A stretch of DNA of 64,000 nt, from assembly GCA_944389515.1 (NCBI GenBank), contig CALXMQ010000002.1, positions 3,233 to 67,232 of the forward strand, given 5' to 3'. A program made the position numbers and the translations under genes. The DNA comes from an uncultured Alphaproteobacteria bacterium. Its GTDB lineage: Bacteria; Pseudomonadota; Alphaproteobacteria; Rs-D84. Positions 44,946 to 53,467 of the stretch are shown piece by piece; position 1 is the first letter of the stretch; every line of letters begins with the position of its first letter. The notes under the pieces are model-generated. The model was not told the DNA's origin and made no database searches. It worked only from the letters and a program-made list of their open reading frames with translations.

Positions 44946-45598
44946 AACAATACCCGACTTATCGCGATGGCGGCCGCCAATTCCGCGCGCAATATTGTTT
45001 TGCCCAAAGATATACCAACCGCACCAGCAGAATCCAACGCGGCAAATTCAGAATCTGAAAATCCACCTTCGGGGCCAACCAGGACACGTTTTGCGCCATG
45101 CGCCGTGATTGGCAAATTTGCACCGTACGCAGCGCGTTCGTCTGCAAACACAATATTTGATAAATCTGTATCAGAAAATTTTTTAACCGGTAAAATTGTT
45201 GGTACACTGTTACGATTAGATTGTTCCGCACTTTCTGTGATAATTTTTTGCATACGTGTCCAATTTACATGATTTGCGACCGTGCGTTCTGTAATCACAG
45301 GCTGGAACGCGGCAACACCCATTTGGGTCGCCATATTTAATAAATCATCAATACGTTTTATCGGTGAAAACAGCAATGTTATTTCATTTGATGGATCAAT
45401 ATGCGGTGTTTTATCACCAATAATTATTGTTTTTCCATCAGACGTTATCGTTGCGTTATATTCTGCGCCACCGCCAAACGCCAAAAAATCATATCGGCGC
45501 ATAACACGCATCAAATAATGTGCCACATCAGATGGTGCAGGAATCGTGACACCAGTATATATATCATCACTAATAAAAACGCGCGGGATATTTTTCAT
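44942..45598 (-). CDS. rsmE: 16S rRNA (uracil1498-N3)-methyltransferase
   Basis: ORF 44942..45655, with the start moved to MKNIPRVFI. HYLMRVMR motif and C-terminal VGPEGGFSDSE and LRAELAA motifs. Confidence 0.8.
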   Translation of the reverse strand: MKNIPRVFISDDIYTGVTIPAPSDVAHYLMRVMRRYDFLAFGGGAEYNATITSDGKTIIIGDKTPHIDPSNEITLLFSPIKRIDDLLNMATQMGVAAFQPVITERTVANHVNWTRMQKIITESAEQSNRNSVPTILPVKKFSDTDLSNIVFADERAAYGANLPITAHGAKRVLVGPEGGFSDSEFAALDSAGAVGISLGKTILRAELAAAIAISRVLL

Positions 45599-45636
45599 AA
45601 ACTTTTTTAATTCTGATTTATAATCTGGTAAAAATC

Positions 45637-45645
45637 TGATATAAT
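45637..45645 (+). promoter_or_regulatory. Extended -10 element TGATATAAT, 9 nt upstream of the virD4 ATG
   Basis: tgatataat at 45637-45645. No SD before the ATG at 45655. Confidence 0.35.
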
Positions 45646-45654
45646 CATAACACA

Positions 45655-47880
45655 ATGGTCGAAAAGTTCAAGATTTTATCCGCCGGTGGTAAAGGCAAGG
45701 GTTTGAATATATTCAAATCCAGCGCATACAAAGAACATCAGCGCACGCCGATGGCATCACTGTTTTGGTCACTGCGATGGGCGGTTGGGATATGGTTGGT
45801 ATGCGCATTGGCGTTTGGACTGTCTTTTTGGATTGAACATATTTGGCGGTATGGTTGGTCGCCGGCCACATCACATTGGACTGGGTTATACTTTTACAAC
45901 ATGTTGACCAGTGGTGGGATGTCCATATTGGCAGAAATACCAGCATGGTTTATGCGCACTTTATTACGCACAGATATAATGTGCATAACGCCATTGTTAC
46001 CAATTATCGCATATTTCTTTATGGCGGACAGTACGTTGGTCAAAGAATTTAACCCATATGGCAATGATAAATTTGATGAAAAATCTTCAAACAAAGCATC
46101 CAAAGAAGATATTGAAAAAATGGGGCTGTTAAAGGGATTCATGATGGTATTGGGGTATTTCAAGAAAAAACCATTGATGATGAACGAATGTCTGTCTGCG
46201 TTATGTGTTGCGCCCCCGGGGACTGGTAAATCACAAGGCGTGGTATTTCCAACAATATTTGAGTGCAACAATGTATCGATGATTATAAATGACCCAAAGC
46301 CTGAATTGTATCAATCGTCGTCCGCGTATCGTTCGACTGTGGGCCCGGTATTTATTATGAATTGGGCCGGCCAAGACGACCCAGAACGTGGAATTTATTA
46401 TCCTTCGTGGAATCCGTTGTCGCCAGAACACGTGCCTTTTAACCAAGAACAACGCGATTTGTATATTGATTCAATGTGCAACGTTTTGATTCCTGATAAA
46501 GAATCATCATCAGCAGATCCGCATTGGACAATATCTGGACGTGCGGCATTGTCTGGGTTGGTACAATTTATTGTATCCAAGGTTGAACGTGCCAAGGCAG
46601 ATGATTATTTCTTTGCACGAATAACATCTGGGGCGTTTGATGCCGAAGATGCCGCCGTGCTGGGTGATTATTATTTATCCATGATGAACGACCAAAATGC
46701 ATATGCCGCATATGCATTGTTACAAAAAGGCGAATTAAACGCGATGAATTATGTGCATATCGGCACATGGGACAAAATCCCAGATGCATGGCGCGGACGC
46801 GAAGCATCTTTGTCCATGATTTTAGATTGGATAAATTCCAGCCAAATCGCAATCGCCCAAGAAATGGAAGAACGTCGCCACCAAGGTGATCAAATGGTGT
46901 CTTTTGACGACCCAATGAACAGATTGTTTTTAAGTGCCGTAGATGAAGCGCGCCAATATGCATACGCACATCGTGCTGTCTTAGAATTGACCCAGTTGGC
47001 AAATACACCTGATAAAGAACGTGGGTCTATTATGTCCACTGTAATGGAAGGTTTATCTATATTCCGTAATGCGGCGGTTCGTAATCGTACCAGTCATTCT
47101 GATTTTCATTTTTCAGATTTACGCGGTCTGCGCGACCCACGTGATGGCAAGGTTAAACCGGTGACTGTATATTTATCAATCAATATGGTTGATGCCGAAG
47201 CGTTAAATCCAATCACTGGGATATTTATTGAATTGATGACAAACTTTCTGTTGGCAAACCCACCCGAAGCAGAACATGCCGGTGAAAAATTAGGCCCATA
47301 CCCAGTATTATTCATATTGGACGAAATGCCAAAAATGCAAAAGTTACAGGCGGTAATCCAAGGTCCAGATTTAGGACGCGGACAAAAAATATCTTATTTA
47401 ATCATCGGTCAAGACATACACCAGATTCAAGAAAAATATGGTGCAGATGCCGCTGCAACAATTATTTCTACGACGGCGGCAAAAATTGTATTACGTCAAA
47501 ACGACCCAGATACCGCAGAAAGATTTTCTAAAATGATGGGTTATAAAATGAAAATCAAAACTGTCAAGGGGCCTGATGGTGAAGATAAAGAAGAAACCAG
47601 CGAAGAATTATTATATAGTCCAATGGATATCATGAAATTGGACGATAAAAAACAACTGGTAATATTCCAGGGCTGGTATCATCGACCCATAGAAGCCGAT
47701 AAACAAATGGCATTTAATGACCCACGTTTGGCCGGATACATGGCCATGGGCGCATGCAGTCCATTGCCTGAATTTTTAATTCCATCGCATCATGCTGCGT
47801 TGGGATATGCCGGGAATCCACGAATCTATATTCCACAAACCAAAGAAACAAAAGAACTGGAAAACATAGAGAATAAATAA
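45655..47880 (+). CDS. virD4: Type IV secretion coupling protein VirD4/TraG
   Basis: N-terminal TM helices, Walker A CVAPPGTGKSQGVVFPT, DPKPELY, Walker B-like VLFILDEMPKM and IIGQDIHQIQEKYG. 741 aa (possible alternative start M33 at 45751). Confidence 0.85.
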   Translation: MVEKFKILSAGGKGKGLNIFKSSAYKEHQRTPMASLFWSLRWAVGIWLVCALAFGLSFWIEHIWRYGWSPATSHWTGLYFYNMLTSGGMSILAEIPAWFMRTLLRTDIMCITPLLPIIAYFFMADSTLVKEFNPYGNDKFDEKSSNKASKEDIEKMGLLKGFMMVLGYFKKKPLMMNECLSALCVAPPGTGKSQGVVFPTIFECNNVSMIINDPKPELYQSSSAYRSTVGPVFIMNWAGQDDPERGIYYPSWNPLSPEHVPFNQEQRDLYIDSMCNVLIPDKESSSADPHWTISGRAALSGLVQFIVSKVERAKADDYFFARITSGAFDAEDAAVLGDYYLSMMNDQNAYAAYALLQKGELNAMNYVHIGTWDKIPDAWRGREASLSMILDWINSSQIAIAQEMEERRHQGDQMVSFDDPMNRLFLSAVDEARQYAYAHRAVLELTQLANTPDKERGSIMSTVMEGLSIFRNAAVRNRTSHSDFHFSDLRGLRDPRDGKVKPVTVYLSINMVDAEALNPITGIFIELMTNFLLANPPEAEHAGEKLGPYPVLFILDEMPKMQKLQAVIQGPDLGRGQKISYLIIGQDIHQIQEKYGADAAATIISTTAAKIVLRQNDPDTAERFSKMMGYKMKIKTVKGPDGEDKEETSEELLYSPMDIMKLDDKKQLVIFQGWYHRPIEADKQMAFNDPRLAGYMAMGACSPLPEFLIPSHHAALGYAGNPRIYIPQTKETKELENIENK

Positions 47881-47984
47881 CAGTCACGTAATTTAACAAT
47901 ATATTTGCCGAACGTAATGACATTACAAAAACACTGGTAAAAACATCCAAAACAATCAAACAAATTTAATCTGTTTTCTGTTAT

Positions 47985-49013
47985 TTAGAACGTCAGTCGC
48001 AACCCAACCGCTAAAAACGGGGTTTCTGTGGTTAAACCAAGTGATGTCCACATATCAACATTTTCACTGTATTTGTATCTGAACGATGCAATCGCAGTAT
48101 GATCCATATAATCATCAACATCATGATTCCAAATACCTGTATCTGAAAAAATATATGTCAATGAAATGCTGTAATTCAAAACATCGTAACTGACCCCGGT
48201 TCCAACCGCCAAACCATCGGACACCGGTCCAATCGGATTTTCATCATAAATCAGGCGTGCAGTTGCGCCAAACATCCAACTGTTATACTGCACATTTATC
48301 CCCGTAGATATCTGGGCACGCCAATCTGCATACACACGTGGCGTATATGCATCTGTACGATATCCATCTGGGTGTGACATAAATGATGCACCAAACGCAT
48401 ATGCGGTTTTAACCTTGCCTGATGGTTGGCGGAATTTCATACCAAAATCCACGGCATAATCATAATGGTCGGTCAACCCAGCCACAGAAATACCATATTG
48501 CCCACCATGAATTGGCATTGTTGCATAATTTAATCGCAATCCACCACGCCCCGTCGTCAATGTTGTATCAGATATAACCGGTCCATCTGGGGTTATCTTT
48601 TTATAAAACAAGGGTTTATCATTGACACGCAGACCGCCAACATCAGGCAAACCAACCCCCAGTTTACGCGCAATGGAATCTGTGGCACCGAATTCAATAC
48701 GGCCAAATTGTCTGTTTTGCCAATATCCGAACGCTTCGCGCATAAATTTATCTTCGTCCACCGCAGCGGCATCAATCGCATAAACCAAACCCAATGTATT
48801 ATTATTTGCGATTAAATAACTGGCTTCGCCCCGGACACGCCAATCCCCAATAAAATCAGGTGTTTCAAAATCAGGTTCCAGTACACCGGCCGTGCCGTAT
48901 CCTGTTAGTTTCAACCCCAATCGACCGTTGTCATATTCCAGCCCATATGCACCAGACGATATTGCATAAGCACACAATACAATGGCAACCAAACAAGGTT
49001 TTGAAAAATGCAT
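47985..49013 (-). CDS. Outer-membrane beta-barrel protein (porin-like)
   Basis: Signal ..AISSGAYG|L, alternating amphipathic beta-strands rich in Y/G, and a C-terminal ..VGLRLTF with terminal Phe. Confidence 0.7.
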   Translation of the reverse strand: MHFSKPCLVAIVLCAYAISSGAYGLEYDNGRLGLKLTGYGTAGVLEPDFETPDFIGDWRVRGEASYLIANNNTLGLVYAIDAAAVDEDKFMREAFGYWQNRQFGRIEFGATDSIARKLGVGLPDVGGLRVNDKPLFYKKITPDGPVISDTTLTTGRGGLRLNYATMPIHGGQYGISVAGLTDHYDYAVDFGMKFRQPSGKVKTAYAFGASFMSHPDGYRTDAYTPRVYADWRAQISTGINVQYNSWMFGATARLIYDENPIGPVSDGLAVGTGVSYDVLNYSISLTYIFSDTGIWNHDVDDYMDHTAIASFRYKYSENVDMWTSLGLTTETPFLAVGLRLTF

Positions 49014-49017
49014 GTAA

Positions 49018-49926
49018 TTATTCCTTGGCTTCTTTTAATATTGCATCGCGCAATTTATTGTATGCGCGTTCTTCGATTTGGCGCACGCGTTCGCGTGATA
49101 TGCCGTATTTTTGTGATAAAGATTCTAATGTTGCCACAGGGTCAGATAATCTGCGCGCGCGCAATATTTCACGGTCACGTTCTGGCAATTCTGCCAAATG
49201 TTTACGCAATAAATCATACCCACGACGCCGGAATTCTATTTGTTCAATATCATCCTGGATATTATTTTTATCATCCGGCATATTAGACAAAACATCACGT
49301 GCATCATCATCAGAATGCGCCGGGGCATTTAATGATAAATCACGCGCCGTAATCCGCGTAGACATACGCCGAACATCATTTTCTGGGACATGCAAATAAT
49401 CTGCAATTTGGCGCGTTTGGTCATCAGACAGGTTACCGTCCATTATACCCAATGCGCGCTTTGCCCGGGCTAAATTAAAAAACACACGCTTTTGATTCGC
49501 AGATGTTCCAATTTTTACAATCGACCAGTTTTGCAAAATCGTTTCATAAATTTCTGCACGAATCCAAAACATTGCATATGTAGAAAAACGAAAACCACGT
49601 TCTGGGTCGAATTTCTGTAATGCCTGCATCAATCCCATATTACCACTGGCAATCAATTCAGAAAATGGCACACCGTAATTTTTGAAATCATACGCCACAG
49701 ACACAACCATACGCAAATGACTGGCCACTAATTTTTCTGCGGCATCGGCATCTTTGTTTTTAACCCATCGGGTGGCGTATTCGTATTCTTCGGATGCAGA
49801 CAAAATCGGAAATTTTTGTATATTTTGTATATACTGGGCCAGACTGGTTTCATCGTTCACCCCACGGGCATCCACCAGACTTTGATTTTGTACAACCGGT
49901 AAAGCGTTCTTGATTTGCTTTTTCAT
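49018..49926 (-). CDS. rpoH: RNA polymerase sigma-32 factor
   Basis: Sigma70 regions 2-4 and an RpoH-box-like QKRVFFNLARAK. Confidence 0.85.
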   Translation of the reverse strand: MKKQIKNALPVVQNQSLVDARGVNDETSLAQYIQNIQKFPILSASEEYEYATRWVKNKDADAAEKLVASHLRMVVSVAYDFKNYGVPFSELIASGNMGLMQALQKFDPERGFRFSTYAMFWIRAEIYETILQNWSIVKIGTSANQKRVFFNLARAKRALGIMDGNLSDDQTRQIADYLHVPENDVRRMSTRITARDLSLNAPAHSDDDARDVLSNMPDDKNNIQDDIEQIEFRRRGYDLLRKHLAELPERDREILRARRLSDPVATLESLSQKYGISRERVRQIEERAYNKLRDAILKEAKE

Positions 49927-49935
49927 AACTTTTAT

Positions 49936-49963
49936 AGTATAGCAATAAAATAAGATTTATCAA
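49936..49963 (-). promoter_or_regulatory. Sigma70-like promoter TTGATA-N16-TATACT, 9 nt upstream of the rpoH ATG
   Basis: Minus strand TTGATA (49963-49958) and TATACT (49941-49936). No SD. Confidence 0.35.
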
Positions 49964-49991
49964 GCCACCATAACAACAGGAGATTTTTCAA

Positions 49992-50642
49992 ATGGCATCC
50001 ATTTTGGAAAGAAATAAAAAGTTAAAACCAGTTAAAAAAACACGTGAAGAATATGCCGAAGATGCCCTGTACCGCGAAGTATGGGAAGAAGTCAACAATG
50101 AAAAAACAACCGCGTTTATCAGGAAATATTCCCGATACATTATTGCCGGTGCGTTGATTATACTGATTGTTGCAACGGCGGTGGTTATTGGTGTACGCAC
50201 ACATCGCGCACATAAATTAGCCATTGCACAAAATTATGAAACAGCGGTACAAAACCTGGATCCAAACCTGTTGGTGTCGGTTGCAGAAAATTCTGGTGGC
50301 GCAACATCTGATTTGGCATTGTTCCAGGCGTATATGCTGGACGGTGATATGGGAAAATTAGAACAGTTGGCAAATGATGGAAAATCACGCGATTTTCGTG
50401 ACTTGGCACGTTTGCATATTGTTGGATTGCGTGGTGACGATATGACCGCGGCCGCCATAGAAGAATATCTGGAACCTTTGAACACAAAAAAATCACCGTA
50501 TTATTACACCAGTCGTTTGGTGGTGGCACAAAAATATCTGGCGGATGGGAATCGGGATGCCGCAAATAAGTGGCTGGATATAATATTAAACGATTCTGAC
50601 GTACCGGCAACCGTAACTGCGGCGGCCGCAGCGTTACGATAA
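49992..50642 (+). CDS. YfgM-like membrane-anchored TPR-like protein
   Basis: Single TM YIIAGALIILIVATAVVIGV after an acidic N-terminus, with a helical C-terminal domain. Located directly upstream of the BamB-like gene, as in yfgM-bamB-der. Confidence 0.5.
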   Translation: MASILERNKKLKPVKKTREEYAEDALYREVWEEVNNEKTTAFIRKYSRYIIAGALIILIVATAVVIGVRTHRAHKLAIAQNYETAVQNLDPNLLVSVAENSGGATSDLALFQAYMLDGDMGKLEQLANDGKSRDFRDLARLHIVGLRGDDMTAAAIEEYLEPLNTKKSPYYYTSRLVVAQKYLADGNRDAANKWLDIILNDSDVPATVTAAAAALR

Positions 50643-50657
50643 AAAATGGAAATAGAT

Positions 50658-51383
50658 ATGCGCAAAATTGCTGCGATTACAGCATCACTGATTCTGTTAT
50701 CTGCATGTGCAGAACATGACCCTATATTACCGGGTGTACGCACGCCTGTGTTTGGGGCATCTGATATAAAAATATTGAATACAGATGTTAAAAATTTACC
50801 AGAATCGATTGAATATCAAACTAACGATTGCCCGTATACCCAGGATTCGTCAAACATTATATGGGACGGGGACAGAAAAATTTTTAGCGGTTTTCCAACA
50901 AATAATTCTGTGGCCAGCGAACAAAAGCCTGTTTGCCATAACGGATATGTATATGCAGGTCTGACCACTGGCGAAGTTGTAAAAGTCGCACCAAAATCGC
51001 GTAAAATTATGTGGATTGCGGATGTATTTCGCCCCAGCAACATGACCGGTGGCGCATCAATCGTTGATATAATCGCACCATTGATTGTGCGTGATAATTC
51101 GGTGTATGTGGGTGGTTTGGGTGATGCGTTTTGTCGCATCAATGCCACATCTGGTGAAAAACGGTGGTGCATTGATATTGGAACATCTGTGCCATTTATT
51201 ATGACTGATTCTGTGGCATTTGTTGTTGCAACTGATAACAATGTATATGCAATACGTACATCTGATGGTGCGGTATATTGGCGCACCCAGATTGATACCC
51301 AGGCGGTGCCAGAATATAAAAATAAAATCATTACTGTTGATGATATAAAAATAAATGCAGAAACAGGTGATATAATTAAATAA
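50658..51383 (+). CDS. Short PQQ-repeat beta-propeller lipoprotein (BamB-like, 241 aa)
   Basis: ORF 50646..51383, with the start moved to MRKIAAITASLILLSAC|A (lipobox). Repeats NGYVYAGLTTGEVVKV, DNSVYVGGLGDAFCRINATSGEKRW and DNNVYAIRTSDGAVYW. Confidence 0.55.
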   Translation: MRKIAAITASLILLSACAEHDPILPGVRTPVFGASDIKILNTDVKNLPESIEYQTNDCPYTQDSSNIIWDGDRKIFSGFPTNNSVASEQKPVCHNGYVYAGLTTGEVVKVAPKSRKIMWIADVFRPSNMTGGASIVDIIAPLIVRDNSVYVGGLGDAFCRINATSGEKRWCIDIGTSVPFIMTDSVAFVVATDNNVYAIRTSDGAVYWRTQIDTQAVPEYKNKIITVDDIKINAETGDIIK

Positions 51384-51411
51384 AAAACGTCCCATTATGG
51401 GACGTTTTTTT
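51384..51411. terminator. Bidirectional terminator between convergent genes
   Basis: AAAAACGTCCC ATTAT GGGACGTTTTTT. Confidence 0.6.
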
Positions 51412-51424
51412 ATATCTGATAAAT

Positions 51425-52021
51425 TTATAACAGACACGCCAATGTTGCACTGGTATTCTTTAACATAAACCAACCAATACGATAATCTGTGGCGTATACA
51501 GTTACCAAGAACAATGCCAATATTGCAATTACAATGATAATATTACTGCGTTTACCGCGCATGCAATACAGTGCAATATTATAAAACAAGAACAATACAT
51601 ATGCATCAACAACCAAACTGATTATCCACATTGATGTACAATTAAATGCCAATGCGTTCAAAACCAACACCAATGGATATACAAAAAATACAGATGCCAA
51701 TCCCTTGATTGCGATTTCCCAATCACGTTCGCCCCCAGTGATTTCAGATACCAACATCATCAATCCACCCATAACGAACAATAATGCAACCGCCAAAACA
51801 GGCACGATTATCAATGCCGTAAACACAGAACCGATTGTAATTGTCGCGCCACCAATCAAACGCAACAGTAATACCAAGCATCCACCAATCAGGCCATATA
51901 TAAACGCCTTTAACATTGCTTCTTCCATATTGCCATCGGCAACGATTTTGGTGAAATAGCGTTTTGGATTTATCAGCAAATCTTTGATATGCTTTAATCC
52001 TTGTTTGATTTTTTTCATCAT
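51425..52021 (-). CDS. Yip1-domain-like integral membrane protein
   Basis: 198 aa with N-terminal LINPKRYFTKI followed by 5 TM helices. Confidence 0.4.
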   Translation of the reverse strand: MMKKIKQGLKHIKDLLINPKRYFTKIVADGNMEEAMLKAFIYGLIGGCLVLLLRLIGGATITIGSVFTALIIVPVLAVALLFVMGGLMMLVSEITGGERDWEIAIKGLASVFFVYPLVLVLNALAFNCTSMWIISLVVDAYVLFLFYNIALYCMRGKRSNIIIVIAILALFLVTVYATDYRIGWFMLKNTSATLACLL

Positions 52022-52086
52022 TTCACACCCCCATTTGATTATTTATATTTTTGCTTTATAATGAAAAAAAATCAATGGAAAAAGTT

Positions 52087-53424
52087 ATGTTAAAACTAAT
52101 AATTGTTGGCCGACCCAACACAGGTAAATCAACATTGTTTAATGCACTGACGGGAACACGTGATGCATTGGTGCATGACCGTCCGGGTGTTACGCGCGAT
52201 ACAATCAGTGGTAACATGCCTGGGCGCGCATGGACGGTTATTGATACCGCAGGACTAGAAAATGCAAAAACGGGGATTGCGGCTGATTCAACAACAATGG
52301 CATTGGATGCCATTACCACCGCAGATGCAATACTGTTCGTTGTTGATGGGCGCGTTGGATTGACGCCGGTCGATATGGATTGGGCACGTACAGTGCGACG
52401 CAAAACGCGCGCACCGGTTTTATTACTGGTAAATAAATCTGAATCTGGCAAACGCATGGCAGATATCAATGATTTTTATAAACTGGGGTTTGGTGCACCA
52501 TCACTGATTTCTGCGGAACATAAAACAGGGTTTGATGTAATATATAAATTTATCGATAAAATACATCCAAATGCAGATTTAGATACAAATGCGGCGGATG
52601 GTCAACGCACATTGAAAATCGCGATTATGGGGCAACCAAATGTCGGAAAATCCACATTGGTAAATCGTGTATTGGGACAACGTCGCCAAATTGTTATGGA
52701 TGCCCCTGGTATTACACGTGATACTGTTAAAATTCCGGCACATTTTTATGGGCGCGATATTATTTTAATGGATACAGCCGGTCTGCGTCGCAAATCCGGG
52801 GTGACAGATGATGTGGAAACATTATCTGCGTTAAAATCACTGGATGCGATTGACAAGGCCGATGTTGTAATTCTGGTGGTGGATGCAACGCGTAATATTG
52901 AAAACCAGGCGTTGGGAATTGCCGCACGTGTATATGATGCAGGGAAAATATTATGCGTGGCATTGAATAAATGGGATTTAGTTGACCCAGAAATTCGTGA
53001 TGAAAAATTATTAAAGTTAAAACATCAATTTACAAATTCTTTTCATCAGATAATCAAGCCAATGATATTGGCCATTTCTGCCGAAGTTGGCACCGGTGTC
53101 CAAAATATGTTCCGCCGTATATATGAACAATGGGATATATCTAATTCAGACGCCCCAACCAGTTTAATAAACAGAATTGTTGAAAAATTGGTTGAATCGC
53201 GCCAACCGCCAATGTCACGACTGAAACGTCCGATGAAAATCAAGTTTGCACGTCAAACAGGACGTCATCCAATGAAAATCACAATAAATGTTGGTGGTGC
53301 ATCTGATATACCAGAATCATATACACGATATCTGCGCCGTGGATTGGCGGAACAATTAAACTGGCAACATTTGCCGGTGGTAATTGAATATAAAAAAGAT
53401 GAAAATCCGTTTGATGATAAATAA
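52087..53424 (+). CDS. der: Ribosome biogenesis GTPase Der (EngA), double G-domain
   Basis: ORF 52051..53424, with the start placed at MLKLIIVGRPNTGKSTLFN (uncertain; M9 at 52075 is possible). Second G domain IAIMGQPNVGKSTL, plus DTAG and NKxD motifs. Confidence 0.9.
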   Translation: MLKLIIVGRPNTGKSTLFNALTGTRDALVHDRPGVTRDTISGNMPGRAWTVIDTAGLENAKTGIAADSTTMALDAITTADAILFVVDGRVGLTPVDMDWARTVRRKTRAPVLLLVNKSESGKRMADINDFYKLGFGAPSLISAEHKTGFDVIYKFIDKIHPNADLDTNAADGQRTLKIAIMGQPNVGKSTLVNRVLGQRRQIVMDAPGITRDTVKIPAHFYGRDIILMDTAGLRRKSGVTDDVETLSALKSLDAIDKADVVILVVDATRNIENQALGIAARVYDAGKILCVALNKWDLVDPEIRDEKLLKLKHQFTNSFHQIIKPMILAISAEVGTGVQNMFRRIYEQWDISNSDAPTSLINRIVEKLVESRQPPMSRLKRPMKIKFARQTGRHPMKITINVGGASDIPESYTRYLRRGLAEQLNWQHLPVVIEYKKDENPFDDK

Positions 53425-53425
53425 A

Positions 53426-53455
53426 AAAAGCCGCCAAACATGGCGGCATTTTTAT
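53426..53455. terminator. Bidirectional terminator between der and infB
   Basis: AAAAAAGCCGCC AAACAT GGCGGCATTTTTA. Confidence 0.6.
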
Positions 53456-53467
53456 TTACGTGTATTT

